A stretch of DNA of 64,000 bases from an uncultured delta proteobacterium (GCA_963826785.1 CAWGYD010000004.1:224001-288000), one strand, 5' to 3'; shown: positions 1-11,903, numbered from the stretch's first letter. Translations and numbers: made by a program. Notes: a model not told the origin generated them from the sequence alone.

Positions 1-891
1 GTCCTGGAAAAGGTGCTGGAAATGGCCTGGGATCATCTGGTTCGCCGGCACGGCCTCCCCTCGGGGAGCCGGGAAACCGGGGAGACGGGATTTGCCATCA
101 TCGCCTACGGCAAGCTGGGGGGGCTTGAACTGGGCTACGGGTCGGATCTGGACCTGGTGTTTCTGCACACCGGTGACAAGGGATTTACCGCCGGCGGCAG
201 GATGCAGCCGCTGGACAATGATCAGTTCTATGTGCGGCTGGGGCAGCGGATTATCCATTTTCTCTCCACCCAGACCCGCACCGGAAAGCTCTATGAGACG
301 GACATGCGTCTGCGGCCCAGCGGCAGTTCGGGGATACTGGTCAGCCATGTGGACGCATTCGAATCCTACCAGCAAAGCGCCGCCTGGACCTGGGAGCACC
401 AGGCCCTGATCAAGGCGCGTCCCGTTTGCGGGGACGCAGCGGTAGGAAAGCGGTTTTTAGAAATTCGTGACCGCATGCTTTCCCTTAAGCGGGATCAAAC
501 CCATCTGCGTAATGAAGTCGTCGGTATGCGGGAAAAAATGAGAAACGAGCAGGATCGCCGCGCCGAAAAAACATTTAATCTGAAGCAGTCCCCGGGCGGG
601 GTGATCGATATCGAATTTCTGGTTCAATACCTGATTCTGCTGCATGCCCACCGGGATGCGGGGCTGGTCGGATGGACCGATGTGGTCCGGCAGTTAAACA
701 GCCTGGCCCTGGCCGGGATTATTGATGACCGCACCGCGCACATTCTCAAGCAGGCCTACCTGATCTTCCGGTATTATACGCACCGGCTGCGGCTCCAGGA
801 GAAGCCGGCGGTGCTTCCTGATAACCGGTTTACGGAGCTGCGACAGGAAGTGGTCCGGATCTGGCGGGCGCATCTGTCGACCCCTTCCTGA
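1..891 (+). CDS. glnE: Glutamine synthetase adenylyltransferase, C-terminal part (runs off the window's left edge)
   Basis: Frame open from base 1; motifs YGKLGGLELGYGSDLDLVF, DMRLRPSG, AWTWEHQAL, LKQSPGGVIDIEFLVQ. Confidence 0.95.
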   Translation, partial: VLEKVLEMAWDHLVRRHGLPSGSRETGETGFAIIAYGKLGGLELGYGSDLDLVFLHTGDKGFTAGGRMQPLDNDQFYVRLGQRIIHFLSTQTRTGKLYETDMRLRPSGSSGILVSHVDAFESYQQSAAWTWEHQALIKARPVCGDAAVGKRFLEIRDRMLSLKRDQTHLRNEVVGMREKMRNEQDRRAEKTFNLKQSPGGVIDIEFLVQYLILLHAHRDAGLVGWTDVVRQLNSLALAGIIDDRTAHILKQAYLIFRYYTHRLRLQEKPAVLPDNRFTELRQEVVRIWRAHLSTPS

Positions 892-999
892 TTTCTCATT
901 TTCTTTTGCATGCAACATGATAACCCGGCGGGCGCAGATGCGAGTCGGCGGGAAATCGGCGAAACAGCCGACGGGGACAGCATTTGATGAGAAATCAAA

Positions 1000-1475
1000 T
1001 CAGTTGAAGAGATAAAACCCCAGCGCGTTGTCGGGTGCCTGGGTGCTGGTGTATTCCACGCCGGCAAAAAGCCCCTTGATGCTTCTGACAATGACATTTT
1101 TCCGGACCTGTGATCGCTGGGGGTCATCGAGCCTGAACTCTACGGTGATATATCGCCGACGGTAAAACGCGGCTGGGCATCGAGTTTGAGCCGCATTCCG
1201 GAAAAGGAAATATCGAGCACCGCCATCTGACCGGTGTACTCCTTGGTCCTGGACAGTGCGCTGACGGTTGAATGCCGGTAGATGCCGGGCAGATGGGTCT
1301 CCTTCCGAAATTTGCGGCGCTTTTCGATCATGACCGAAAATGCATGCCCGCAGGGGCATTTGATCTTGAGCCGGTCGGCTTCCATATACCTTGAAATATC
1401 CATGATGCGGGTTTTCTGACATTCGGGACAGGTCACCGTTGCGGTTTCATCATCATTTATAAACAGCTTCATCAT
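1000..1475 (-). CDS. Zinc-ribbon + PilZ domain c-di-GMP-binding protein; one-base deletion near 1150
   Basis: CPEC/CPCG ribbon, RxxxR (RRKFR) and DxSxxG (DISFSG); C-terminus ITVEFRLDD...LGFYLFN continues in ORF 1000..1422. Confidence 0.8.
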
Positions 1476-1666
1476 GTTACGGGCCCTCATATCGGTGAAA
1501 AAAGATATCAAAGATATCCCCATGCAATTAATCGAACATCGGAGTTTAAAGAGAACGAAAAACGAGAAACATCTCATGAGGGGATGATATCGATATTTTT
1601 TTTACATAAATGATCATGTGAAAAAAATCAATGGAATATGAATTGATGATTTCATTTGAAAAATGA

Positions 1667-2077
<411 letters not shown>

Positions 2078-2086
2078 CCATTTGCT

Positions 2087-3631
2087 TTAATCGTACTGCC
2101 GGGAATCGATGTCGTACTTGGCGGCTTTGTAGGAGAATTTCCGGACGGTGGTGTTGAGCGTTTTGGCGGCCTGTGAAATGTTGCCCCGGGTGTGCTTGAG
2201 GGCATCGATGATCATCTCCTTTTCCAGTCGCTCCACCGCTTTTTCCAGGGATAGGGAGGGGAGCGTGCCGCTCTCCTGCCCGGTCTGGAGGGTCGGAGGC
2301 AGGTGATAGCTGTGGATGACCTGATCATCGCACAGCAGTACCGCGCGCTCGATGCAGTTTTCCAGTTCCCGGACGTTTCCGGGCCAGTGATAGCTCATGA
2401 GCATGTCGATGGCCGGCGTGGAAAACCGCATGATTTTCTTGTTGTTCTCCCGGGTGTATTTTTCCAGGAAAAAATCGGCCAGCACCAGGATATCGGTTTT
2501 GCGCTCCCGCAGGGGCGGCAGATAGATGGGAAAGACGTTGATCCGGTAATACAGGTCGCTCCTGAAGTGGCCTTCGTTCACCGCATTTTCCAGGTTCTTG
2601 TTGGTGGCGGCGATGATGCGGACATCGATCTTGATGGTCCGGTTGCCGCCGACCCGCTCGAATTCCCGCTCCTGGAGCACCCGTAGCAGTTTGGTCTGCA
2701 CATCCGGATCGATGGAGCCGATCTCATCTAAAAAGAGGGTCCCCTTGTCGGCCAGTTCGAATTTTCCGGTTTTCTGGTGCAGCGCTCCGGTAAAGGCCCC
2801 TTTTTCGTGGCCGAACAGTTCGCTTTCAATCAGGTTGGCGGGAATGGCCGCGCAGTTGATCTTGATGAAGGGGGCTTTGGCCCGGGGGCTGTTGTAATGG
2901 ATGGAGTTGGCCACCAGTTCCTTTCCCGTTCCGCTTTCTCCCCGGATCAGCACGGTGGCGTTGCTGCCGGCCACCTGTGAGATCATCTGGAACACCTCGC
3001 GCATCTTGTTGGAGTTGCCGATGATGTTCTTGATGTGGTATTTTTTCTTGAGCTCGCCCTGCAGCCGCTCGTACTCGGCCTTGAATTTCTCCTTTTCGAT
3101 GCGGATGCGTTCCAGGTGGATGACCTGGGTGGCGATCATGGCCGCGACCACCGACAGAATTTTTTCCCCTTCATCCAGCAGATAATCCGGATCATAGAGT
3201 CGATCCACGCTGAGCGCCCCGATCACCTGCTTTTCTTTTTTAATGGGCACACAGATAAAGGAAAGCTCGTTTTCCTTGATAAGTTTGCGGGTTTCGGTGC
3301 GGTTTAAAAACCGCTGATCTTCGCTGATCTTGGCAATGGTGACCGGCCGGCCGGACTGGATCACCTGGCCGGTGATCCCCTCTCCGAGCTTGTATTTGCC
3401 CCGCTGCCGGGCGCGCCTGGGGATGCCGTGGGCCACCTCGATGCCGATCTCCTCATTGATGGGATTGAATATGGTAATGGTGCCGCGCACCATATGCATG
3501 TTCTTGGACAGCAGCGCCAGGATGTCATAGAGGGACTGCTTCAGCTCGGAAGCGTCATTGAGCACCTGGGAAATCTTGTACAGGAGGCCGATCTCATCTG
3601 CACAGGCAATTTGTGAATTTAATTTCGTCAT
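2087..3631 (-). CDS. NifA-like sigma54-dependent activator (GAF-AAA+-HTH)
   Basis: N-terminal GAF (GEGITGQV), [25 protein letters not shown]-terminal Fis-type HTH. Confidence 0.92.
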   Translation of the reverse strand: MTKLNSQIACADEIGLLYKISQVLNDASELKQSLYDILALLSKNMHMVRGTITIFNPINEEIGIEVAHGIPRRARQRGKYKLGEGITGQVIQSGRPVTIAKISEDQRFLNRTETRKLIKENELSFICVPIKKEKQVIGALSVDRLYDPDYLLDEGEKILSVVAAMIATQVIHLERIRIEKEKFKAEYERLQGELKKKYHIKNIIGNSNKMREVFQMISQVAGSNATVLIRGESGTGKELVANSIHYNSPRAKAPFIKINCAAIPANLIESELFGHEKGAFTGALHQKTGKFELADKGTLFLDEIGSIDPDVQTKLLRVLQEREFERVGGNRTIKIDVRIIAATNKNLENAVNEGHFRSDLYYRINVFPIYLPPLRERKTDILVLADFFLEKYTRENNKKIMRFSTPAIDMLMSYHWPGNVRELENCIERAVLLCDDQVIHSYHLPPTLQTGQESGTLPSLSLEKAVERLEKEMIIDALKHTRGNISQAAKTLNTTVRKFSYKAAKYDIDSRQYD

Positions 3632-3732
3632 ATATGCATGTCTAATTTATATTTTTGCCTGCCGCAAGTGCATTTTTAATCCCGATGAGATACATAAGGA
3701 ACCGGCTTTCAAAATTAAATTCCGATCGGCCT

Positions 3733-6360
3733 TCAGTTGTGTTCGGCATACAGACCCTCAACCGGATGCTGATAGAAGGCTTCTTTGTCTTCATACATCC
3801 GCTGGTCCGCCAGTTTGATCACATTTTCCGGGTGGGTTTCATCCGATCCGGAAACCCCGATGCTGATGCGGATAAAAAATTCTTCCTGTTTCTGCTGCTT
3901 GGTGAAACCCTGTATTCTCAGATTTTTTTCTTTCTCACGAATCCGCCCGATCATTGCTTCGGCCTGGTGGCTGCGGATGCCGGGGAGCAGCAGGGCGAAC
4001 TCGTCGCCGCCGATACGCGACAAAACATCCGTTTCGCGGCACACGGACTTCAGCAGGTCCGCCACCTGGCGGATCATTTCATCCCCCCGGTCGTGTCCAT
4101 ACCGATCATTGACCCGTTTTAGCCCGTTGATGTCGATGATGAGAATGGAAAAATGCACATCCGGAAACTGCAGGGCGTTTTTAAGGGTTTTTTCATACTC
4201 CTGGTCGAAAAAGGACCGGTTGGACACCCCGGTCAGCCCGTCGGTACTGGCGATGGTTTCAAGCCGCCGCATGAGCAGCTTGTTCTGCGTGGCCGAGGAA
4301 ACCTGGGCCAGAAAAATGGAAATGACCTTAAGCGTGATCGGGTCCAGGGGCGGTCCCTTGATGATCATCTTGCCGATGGCCCGGCGGTCTTTGAGGCGCA
4401 TGGGAAGCACGGTCCAGTGGCTGTTTGCATCGGTTTCGGCAAGGGTCTCCGCATTGAGCCGGGTGCCGATATCGGCATCCTCCAGATGCTGGCGGTTTTT
4501 CAGGACAGCCCTTTGTTCTTCGTCGGACAATCCCTGGAACGCGCCGCTTTCGAGAATTTCCGACCGCCCGCCTTCCAGGAGAATGCCGATGCCCAGGCGG
4601 GGGAAGATGGAGCGGAGTTTATTTAAAGTGTATTCAAACAGTGTTCCGATTTCACCGATGGCGTGAATCTGCGTGCTGGTTTCAAAAAGCGACAGGAAAA
4701 TACGATTCTGCTTTTTGATAATGGTGTTGTTTTCGATGATTTTATCATTTTTCCGGCGCACATCGAAAAGGGCGGCCGAAAGATCCCGGGTCCGTTTTTC
4801 AACCAGTAATTCCAACCCCTCCAGCAATTTGGCGTTTTCCACAAAAGGACCCATGGTGATCCCGAAGTTTCGAAATATCTCTTTTTCCGGGCGGGTATAA
4901 GACCGGTCGTTGATCTTGTTTCCGATGATCACCAGACAAATCAGCTGGTTTTTGGAAAATACGCCGATTACCATTCCGGCCTGCTGCAGCCAGTCATCGG
5001 AATCACTGGAGATCCGGTTTTCAGCGATCCATTTTTCAAGCATTGCCCGGGTGACCAGGGAGGCCTTTTCCGAAAGGATTCTGCGCACAAGCGGGTGTGC
5101 TGCCGGTATGGTCAGCGGAATGTCGCCTTCCGGTATGCTTCCGGATGATTTGAAGAACCCGAAGGCATGCAGGTTGTTCCAGGTCGCCCAGCCCGTGAAT
5201 GCGCTGTCGGATTCACTGTAGAATACCGTGGCGCAGCGGGTATTCATGAATAACGTAAACAGCCAGTCGCAGATTTCCTGATGAATGGCCCGAACATGGT
5301 GAATTCCGGACAGCCGATAGGTCAGCTGATAAAATTTTTTCTGCAAAAGGTCGTCCGAGCGCCTGATCAACAAATTTAGGAGGGCGTCCCACAGCTTGTA
5401 AAGGGGATGATACAGGACTGCCACCATGAGTATTCCCGCCGCAAATGCCAGATATTGATATTTTTCCGGCAGCAGCATCTTCGGGATCAGGCCGGCGGCA
5501 AAAACCAGGGCCACATGGCCGACCTTTAAAAGAATCGACCGCAGCTGCTGCAGCGCGATTCTCAGGTTGTACTTGAACAGGCCGTAGGCCAGCAGGAACA
5601 GGGAGATGAAGATGAAGGTTCCCAGGGGATAGAGTTCATAGCCATAAATGGCCGGCGTGTTGGTAAGGCTTAAAGCAGCCGAACTGACAAATCCTATGAT
5701 CAGGAATTTAATCATGTCCCGGCGATGCGGGTCAGTTGATTTCCGATATGCGGAATACAGGATGGTCACGCAATAGATGGTGGCCGCCATCCACAGGAAA
5801 CTCATGACATCATATAAAATGGCTTTTTTGGCGAAGAAACCCCAGAAAAAATGATTGATCCCGGAAAAATAATATTGGGTGGGTGTAAGCAGGGCCATTA
5901 CCGCGCCGACCCCATAGCCGAGATACACCACCCACCACCGGTCCTTTTTGCCGCAGACCAGGTAGGACAGGTGCAGGTTGGCCCCGATCTGGACCAGGAC
6001 CAAAAAAAAATGATCGATGCGGGAGATGGTCAAAGCGGTTGCCGGGTCGGAAATGATCCCCAGCAGGAAAATATCGAGATTGAGCCCGGCAAAAACCAGG
6101 CAGATGATCGAAAAAAGCAGGCTTTCGACCCGGGTCTGTTCCAGTGTGAGTACAAAGATCGATAAAAATGCCGCGCTCAGCACCGAAAGCAGCGGTGGAA
6201 TCCCGAAGGGCACGATCCGGCGCATCACATCGCCGACATCCTGGTCCTTGATCAGCCAGAAGGACGCGCCCAGCAGCAGGAAATAAATCAGCCCCAGACC
6301 GGCTTTTAATATCCCGGCCATGACCTGTCTGCGGGTATATGCGGCTAAAATGGGATTCAT
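3733..6360 (-). CDS. Multi-TM sensor diguanylate cyclase with GAF-like domains
   Basis: Long hydrophobic N-terminal half; TDGLTG, DINGLKRVND, intact GGDEF with RxxD I-site (RETD) five residues upstream. Confidence 0.9.
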   Translation of the reverse strand: MNPILAAYTRRQVMAGILKAGLGLIYFLLLGASFWLIKDQDVGDVMRRIVPFGIPPLLSVLSAAFLSIFVLTLEQTRVESLLFSIICLVFAGLNLDIFLLGIISDPATALTISRIDHFFLVLVQIGANLHLSYLVCGKKDRWWVVYLGYGVGAVMALLTPTQYYFSGINHFFWGFFAKKAILYDVMSFLWMAATIYCVTILYSAYRKSTDPHRRDMIKFLIIGFVSSAALSLTNTPAIYGYELYPLGTFIFISLFLLAYGLFKYNLRIALQQLRSILLKVGHVALVFAAGLIPKMLLPEKYQYLAFAAGILMVAVLYHPLYKLWDALLNLLIRRSDDLLQKKFYQLTYRLSGIHHVRAIHQEICDWLFTLFMNTRCATVFYSESDSAFTGWATWNNLHAFGFFKSSGSIPEGDIPLTIPAAHPLVRRILSEKASLVTRAMLEKWIAENRISSDSDDWLQQAGMVIGVFSKNQLICLVIIGNKINDRSYTRPEKEIFRNFGITMGPFVENAKLLEGLELLVEKRTRDLSAALFDVRRKNDKIIENNTIIKKQNRIFLSLFETSTQIHAIGEIGTLFEYTLNKLRSIFPRLGIGILLEGGRSEILESGAFQGLSDEEQRAVLKNRQHLEDADIGTRLNAETLAETDANSHWTVLPMRLKDRRAIGKMIIKGPPLDPITLKVISIFLAQVSSATQNKLLMRRLETIASTDGLTGVSNRSFFDQEYEKTLKNALQFPDVHFSILIIDINGLKRVNDRYGHDRGDEMIRQVADLLKSVCRETDVLSRIGGDEFALLLPGIRSHQAEAMIGRIREKEKNLRIQGFTKQQKQEEFFIRISIGVSGSDETHPENVIKLADQRMYEDKEAFYQHPVEGLYAEHN

Positions 6361-6740
6361 AGAGTTTCAAAGATTGCTTGCGCGATTATGCGCGTTTTCG
6401 GCTTTTTATGGCCAAAATGCGCTAAATCTCCGCAATAAAGGAATTTTTGATTAAGAAAATGATATGTTTGGCTGTAATTGCATACTATTCTGATGTGCCG
6501 CCCCAAAAGGAATGTCATTGCCTTTTTCTTTTGTTTATCAGCAAATCATCATTTATCAAAGCATAAAATTTCTAAGATTTTCATTCAATTAGATCCATAT
6601 GTGAAATTGTCGGTTGATTAACGCCCTCGCGTCGGTCTATATTTACGCGGTTTCACGTCCGACAGAAGCGGTTGCCGCCCCTGTCGTGCAGTTTGTCGTC
6701 GGCATTCGGTCGAAACGAGGACTTTTTGAAGGAGGTCGCA

Positions 6741-7061
6741 ATGAAGAATTTAAAGTGGATCTGTTTAATTGGATTGATGATGGTTGTGCCCATGCTGATC
6801 GGCTGCGCCACCCCTTATCCCATGGGGTCTTTGTACACCGGAATCAAATTACCGATGGATGCGGAATCAGGCAAGGCAACGGGGCTAAAAACCGGAACCG
6901 CAGAATGCAAGAGCATCCTGGGGCTGGTGGCCACCGGTGACTGCAGCATCAATGCCGCCATGAGAAACGGCAACCTGACCGAAGTCAACTACATGGATTG
7001 GGAAGCCGAAAATATCCTGGGAATTATCGGAAACTACAAGCTGGTGGTTTACGGCAGATAA
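6741..7061 (+). CDS. TRL-like family lipoprotein
   Basis: GGAGG RBS; lipobox LIGC; GxAECKSILGLVATGDCSI and C-terminal VVYG typical of TRL-like proteins. Confidence 0.8.
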   Translation: MKNLKWICLIGLMMVVPMLIGCATPYPMGSLYTGIKLPMDAESGKATGLKTGTAECKSILGLVATGDCSINAAMRNGNLTEVNYMDWEAENILGIIGNYKLVVYGR

Positions 7062-7075
7062 CAGAAGTATCTGAA

Positions 7076-7186
7076 CATGCCATGACCGGCGGGGGAATTT
7101 GCGGATCCGGAACTGACCATCCGAATGCCGACCCTTTTTATCCACCGTCAGAAGCCGGGATTCCTCGCCTGCCGGTCATGGACATG
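7076..7186. repeat. ~110-bp intergenic element with terminal inverted repeats
   Basis: CCATGACCGGC (7080-7090) is the exact reverse complement of GCCGGTCATGG (7171-7181); pairing extends imperfectly on both sides. Confidence 0.65.
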
Positions 7187-7195
7187 CTCTGCAGT

Positions 7196-7819
7196 TCAAC
7201 CGGTTGAAATTGGATGGAGGTTTCGGGTAATCACCGCTTCCAGGTCATCCGTGTACCCGAAATAAAAATGATCCGCCCCATCGATGACCACAAGCTCCGC
7301 TGAGGCGTTCCACGCCGAAACCTTTTTTTTGAGCAGGGCCGGCGGGGCGAATTCGTCGCTGCTGCCGGTCACCACCAGCTTCAGTGCGTTGAATGCAGCC
7401 GTTGGCTTGAAGGGCATCAGCGCCGCCGGCGGTGATACCAGGATCATCTCATCGATGGCCACATGGGCTGCGGCATGGGCATTGACCCAGGCGCCGAAGG
7501 AATACCCGGTCAGGGAAAGCGGCATCACCCCCCTTTCTTTCAGATAGGCGCAGGCCGCCGCCACATCCTGCTGTTCACCTTCCCCATCGTCATGTGCCCC
7601 CATGCTGTTTCCCACCCCCCTGAAGTTAAACCGCAGGGTGGCAAATCCCTTCCCGGCATAAGCTTTTTGAATCGTTTCCACCACTATGTTGTACATGTTT
7701 CCGCCGTAGAGCGGGTGCGGATGCGTGATCACCACTCCCGGACCCGGCCCGGCCATATGGAGGCGGCCTTCCAGAAGGAGTCCGTCGTTGCTTTTGAATT
7801 CCACCCGTTCTTCAACCAT
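7196..7819 (-). CDS. Alpha/beta hydrolase
   Basis: HPHPLYGG, RFNFRGVG, nucleophile GYSFG, GADHF. Confidence 0.9.
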   Translation of the reverse strand: MVEERVEFKSNDGLLLEGRLHMAGPGPGVVITHPHPLYGGNMYNIVVETIQKAYAGKGFATLRFNFRGVGNSMGAHDDGEGEQQDVAAACAYLKERGVMPLSLTGYSFGAWVNAHAAAHVAIDEMILVSPPAALMPFKPTAAFNALKLVVTGSSDEFAPPALLKKKVSAWNASAELVVIDGADHFYFGYTDDLEAVITRNLHPISTG

Positions 7820-7828
7820 GACGCCGCC

Positions 7829-8970
7829 TTATCTCAGTACCTTGATGACCTGATCACCGAAGTATGCCTTCTGCCAGTCCTTCATCCCGGCGATCGAATC
7901 AAGCGCTTCCATGGATTTCGGTATCCTGTTCCGCAATGGCCTTGAGCAGCGCATTATTGAAAAACACGCCGGGATCCATTCCCAGGGATTTGGCGGTGGA
8001 CTGCCGCCAGTCCTTTAGACCGGTTTAACTTTTTGGATGTGTCCCGGTCGGGAAAAGACCGGGGGTGGCGGGGATAGGGCACCAGTTCTTTTTCATGCAG
8101 TTCAAGCGCCTTTTGCACTGCATCGAGAATGGCCTGACCATACATGTGGATCTGGGTATCGCTTAAGGCCTCGCTCTGGTGAAGTTGTTTTAGCGTTCCG
8201 GGTTTGGCCAGGGCGATTTTGATCAGGTCGGCATTGCCCATGACTTTGAAAGGGGGGCGGTCTTTCTGCCGGGCGACCTGCTGGCGGTATGCCAGCAGGT
8301 TTTCCAGGACGGCCAGGCTTCGCGGATCCATGCGGCCGGCCCCCTTTACCCGGGTAAACAGGGGCAGGTGATCATTTTCCTCGGGACGCATGGCGGTCAT
8401 GCGGCCGCACTCTTCCAAAACCCATGCCAGTCGCTGCTTTTGAATCAATTCCGATTTTTGCAGGTGGTAGAGGGGGATGAGGTAGCGCACATCATTTGCC
8501 GCATAGTCGATCATCTCCTCGGGAAGCGGACGGCGGGACCAGTCTTTTTTCTGAAACTTTTTTTCCAGTTGCACGTCAAACCGGTTTCTCAGCACCGCCT
8601 CGAGCCCGGTTTCCGACTGCCCCAGGAACCGGCTGGCCAGTTCCGTGTCGAAGAGGTTGTCGATGGCCATGCGGTAGCCTTTATACAAAATGCGGATATC
8701 ATAATCTGCCCCGTGGAAGATTTTGCAGATGCCGGGATTGGAAAAGATTTCACCCAGGGGCGACAAGTCCGATAGTGCCAGGGGGTCGATGACATAGCAG
8801 GCGGCGGGACTGGCCGCCTGGATCAGGCACACCTTTTCTTCGAAATGGAACATGGAGTCGGCTTCAAGGTCGAAAGCCAGTTCGGGATACTGCGCCATTT
8901 CAGAAACCGCATTTTTGAGCTGGAGATCCGTGGTGATCCGTGTGAGCGTACGAACAGTCGCCTGTTGCAT
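7829..8970 (-). CDS. rnd: Ribonuclease D (3'-5' exonuclease + HRDC domains); two +1 frameshifts near 8020 and 7925
   Basis: FDLEAD, FHGADYDI, DWSRRPL, YAANDV; second HRDC (LKDWRQ...MDPG...GMKDWQKAYFG) is recovered by removing one G at each site, ending at TAA 7829. Confidence 0.85.
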
Positions 8971-9210
8971 GAGTTTATCCGTTGTCCTGATAGATTTTTG
9001 TCATATCTTTTTCCTTGACCCCGCAAGGTCTTATTATTTACATATCAAAAGTTTTCAAAATCGGGTATATAAAGATGTTTTTTTAATCTTGAAAGTGGCG
9101 GACGCATCATGAAAATGAATTTCGGCCATGTTCATTTTCCGGATATCCGATTCATATACAAGCATATGATTCCTTTTTGAAATTTCAATATACTGGCAGG
9201 TAAGACACCC

Positions 9211-11124
9211 ATGATCAACATTACGTTCCCGGACGGGAATATCAAACAGTATGAAGCACCGCCGGACGGCCTGACGGTGGCCAGATCCATATCGGAAAAT
9301 TTTGCCAGAAACTGCGTGGCCATGGAGATGGATGGAACGGTGAAAGACCTGTCCACCCTGGTGGACCACGATACGGGCATCCGGTTTATCACCACCAGCG
9401 ACCCGGAAGGCCTTGAAATCATGCGCCACAGTGCCGCCCATGTCATGGCCCAGGCGATTACCCGTTTGTATCCGGAGGCCAAACTCACCATCGGGCCGGT
9501 GGTGGAGGACGGATTTTATTACGATTTTGACATGGAGCCGATCTCGGAAGAAGATTTCGAAAAGATCGAGGCGGAAATCAAAAAGATCGTCAAGGCGAAG
9601 CTTCCCATCCGCCGGGAGGAGGTTTCAAAGGCCCGGGCGCTGGAGTTCTATAAGGAAGAGCCCTACAAGACCGAGATGATCGCCGACCTGGAAGACGGCA
9701 CCATATCATTTTATTCCCAGGATGGATTCACCGATCTGTGCCGGGGGCCGCATGTCCCCGACACCGGGTATATCCGGGCATTCAAATTGATGAAGGTATC
9801 CGGGGCCTACTGGCGGGGCGATTCCAACCGGCAGCAGCTCCAGCGCATTTACGGTACTGCTTTTTTCGACAAGAAGGATCTTAAAAATTATTTAAACTTC
9901 CTGGAAGAGGCCAAAAAACGTGACCATCGCAAGATCGGGACCGCTTTGGAACTCTTTGCCTTTTTCGATGAAGCCCCGGGGATGGCTTTTTTTGAAGCCA
10001 ATGGGATGGAGTTGTGGAACGCGCTGCTGGATTACTGGCGGGAGGAGCACCGGGCCGCGGGATACGTGGAGATCAAAACCCCGGTGATCTTGAACCGGAG
10101 CCTGTGGGAAAAAAGCGGACATTGGGAGAACTACCGGGAAAACATGTATACCCTGGTCATCGATGAGACCGAATCGGCCATCAAGCCGATGAACTGCCCG
10201 GGCGGTTTTCTGCTGTTCAAGCGGCGCCGGCATTCTTACAAGGACCTGCCCATCCGGGCGGCGGAAGTCGGGCTGGTCCACCGGCATGAACTCAGCGGTG
10301 TGCTGTCCGGCCTGTTCCGGGTACGCGCCTTTCACCAGGACGATGCCCACATTTTCATGACCCCGGACATGATCCAGCAGGAGATCCTGGGGGTGCTCAA
10401 GCTGGTGGAGCGGATATACTCCACCTTCGGTCTGGGGTTTAACCTGGAACTGTCCACCCGCCCGGAAAAATCCATCGGAACCGATGAGCAGTGGGAGAAA
10501 GCCACCGGGGGGCTGACCGGCGCCCTGGATGAATACGGGGCTGAATACAAAATCAACGAAGGGGACGGCGCCTTTTACGGGCCAAAGATCGATATTCACA
10601 TCAAGGACGCCATCGGACGGACCTGGCAGTGCGGCACCATCCAGCTGGACATGGCCATGCCGGAGCGGTTCGATCTCTCCTATGTGGGGGAAGACAATGA
10701 AAAGCATCGGCCCGTGATGATCCATCGGGTGGTGTACGGCTCCATCGAGCGATTTCTGGGCATTCTGATCGAACATTTTGCGGGCAAGTTCCCTTTATGG
10801 CTGTCTCCTGTGCAGGCGGTCATTCTGCCCATCAATGATTCACTGATCCCTTATGCGCAAGAGGTGAACCTGGCCTTTGCCGCCGCCGGCCTGCGCGCAA
10901 GGGTGGATGACCGGACCGAGAGCCTCAACAAGAAGGTCCGGGAAGCCCAGCTCAAGCAGATTCCGCTGATCATCACCGTGGGGGAGAAGGAAAAAAGCGC
11001 AGGAACTCTTGCCATCCGGACCTTGGACGGCCAGGTGCACTACGGCGTCGATCGCAACACCTTCATCAACGCGGCCGTGGCCAATATCTGCGCCCGGAAG
11101 CTGGAACTTGATCTTTTCGATTGA
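9211..11124 (+). CDS. thrS: Threonyl-tRNA synthetase
   Basis: TGS domain, HSAAH, DLCRGPH, KPMNCP, FHQDDAHIF, GAFYGPKID, WQCGTIQLD. Confidence 0.99.
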   Translation: MINITFPDGNIKQYEAPPDGLTVARSISENFARNCVAMEMDGTVKDLSTLVDHDTGIRFITTSDPEGLEIMRHSAAHVMAQAITRLYPEAKLTIGPVVEDGFYYDFDMEPISEEDFEKIEAEIKKIVKAKLPIRREEVSKARALEFYKEEPYKTEMIADLEDGTISFYSQDGFTDLCRGPHVPDTGYIRAFKLMKVSGAYWRGDSNRQQLQRIYGTAFFDKKDLKNYLNFLEEAKKRDHRKIGTALELFAFFDEAPGMAFFEANGMELWNALLDYWREEHRAAGYVEIKTPVILNRSLWEKSGHWENYRENMYTLVIDETESAIKPMNCPGGFLLFKRRRHSYKDLPIRAAEVGLVHRHELSGVLSGLFRVRAFHQDDAHIFMTPDMIQQEILGVLKLVERIYSTFGLGFNLELSTRPEKSIGTDEQWEKATGGLTGALDEYGAEYKINEGDGAFYGPKIDIHIKDAIGRTWQCGTIQLDMAMPERFDLSYVGEDNEKHRPVMIHRVVYGSIERFLGILIEHFAGKFPLWLSPVQAVILPINDSLIPYAQEVNLAFAAAGLRARVDDRTESLNKKVREAQLKQIPLIITVGEKEKSAGTLAIRTLDGQVHYGVDRNTFINAAVANICARKLELDLFD

Positions 11125-11148
11125 TTTTTAAGAATTGGACAAAAACAT

Positions 11149-11184
11149 AAAAACCCGACGGGGAAAAACCTGCCGGGTTTTTTT
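11149..11184 (+). terminator. Rho-independent terminator after thrS
   Basis: AAAAACCCGACGGG...CCTGCCGGGTTTTTTT stem-loop followed by a T tract. Confidence 0.8.
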
Positions 11185-11224
11185 GTTTTGCTGATTCGAT
11201 CACAGGGGTGGAGGCATTGAATGA

Positions 11225-11903
11225 ATGAAGGACTGCCGCCGCAAGAATTATTCGATGAGAGCGGCCGAAGTTCCCGCAGCGGCATTTCGGGCCATTGACG
11301 CATACCGGGTCGATGACCTTCTCATGGAGAAACAGCGGGTTCGGCTGGTGCTGCTGCTGGAGTCGCCCTATCAGGCGGAAATCCGCCACAGGCATCCCCT
11401 GGCCGGAGCCTCGGGTGTCAGCGCGATAAAATTTTTGATCAGCCATGTTCACGCGGTTTGGTGCCTGGGATCCTACAATCCCTCTGGGGTGCCAGATCAT
11501 CGGTCGAGAAGAGGCCCGCATCGGCGTGATGAACTGCGCCAATTACCCGCTGGATCGTGGCGTGTACCGTCCGGAAGAGGCGGTATCCGCTGCAGACCTG
11601 GTGGAAGGGCTGAACCTGATCCGAAAGGCCCCCGGAACGATGCGGCGAAAGCAGCCTTTTCACCAGCGGCTCGAAGATGACTTGATCAAAGATCTTAAAG
11701 GCCGCCTTAAATCCATTCCGGAATCGGCGTTAGTGGTCCCCTGCGGGGAGGCGGCCCGGCGGTTTATCGAAAAATGCGGATTTGGCGGCATCCCTCTGTA
11801 TCCTCAAAAAGTTCCACATCCATCCCGCAACCAGTGGTTCATGGAAAACAGATTTTCGGACAGGGAAGCCTTCATCCAGACCCTCAACGAGCGGCTTCAA
11901 TAA
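11225..11903 (+). CDS. Uracil-DNA-glycosylase-like protein; +1 frameshift near 11455; start uncertain (11225 or 11255)
   Basis: LLLESP...HPLAGASG in ORF 11225; GVMN, VVPCG and PHPSRNQW in ORF 11445; removing one G at GCG-G-TTT joins them. Confidence 0.6.

Noticed and set aside
2087..3631. Calling the activator nifA and inferring nitrogen fixation
   Set aside because: The GAF-AAA-HTH architecture is shared by many activators and no nif genes are in the window.
6468..6483. Sigma54-like TGGCTGTAATTGCA
   Set aside because: GG to GC spacing is 8 rather than the required 10.
8971..9210. T-box leader upstream of thrS
   Set aside because: No GGTGGNACC T-box sequence or terminator seen in this AT-rich spacer.
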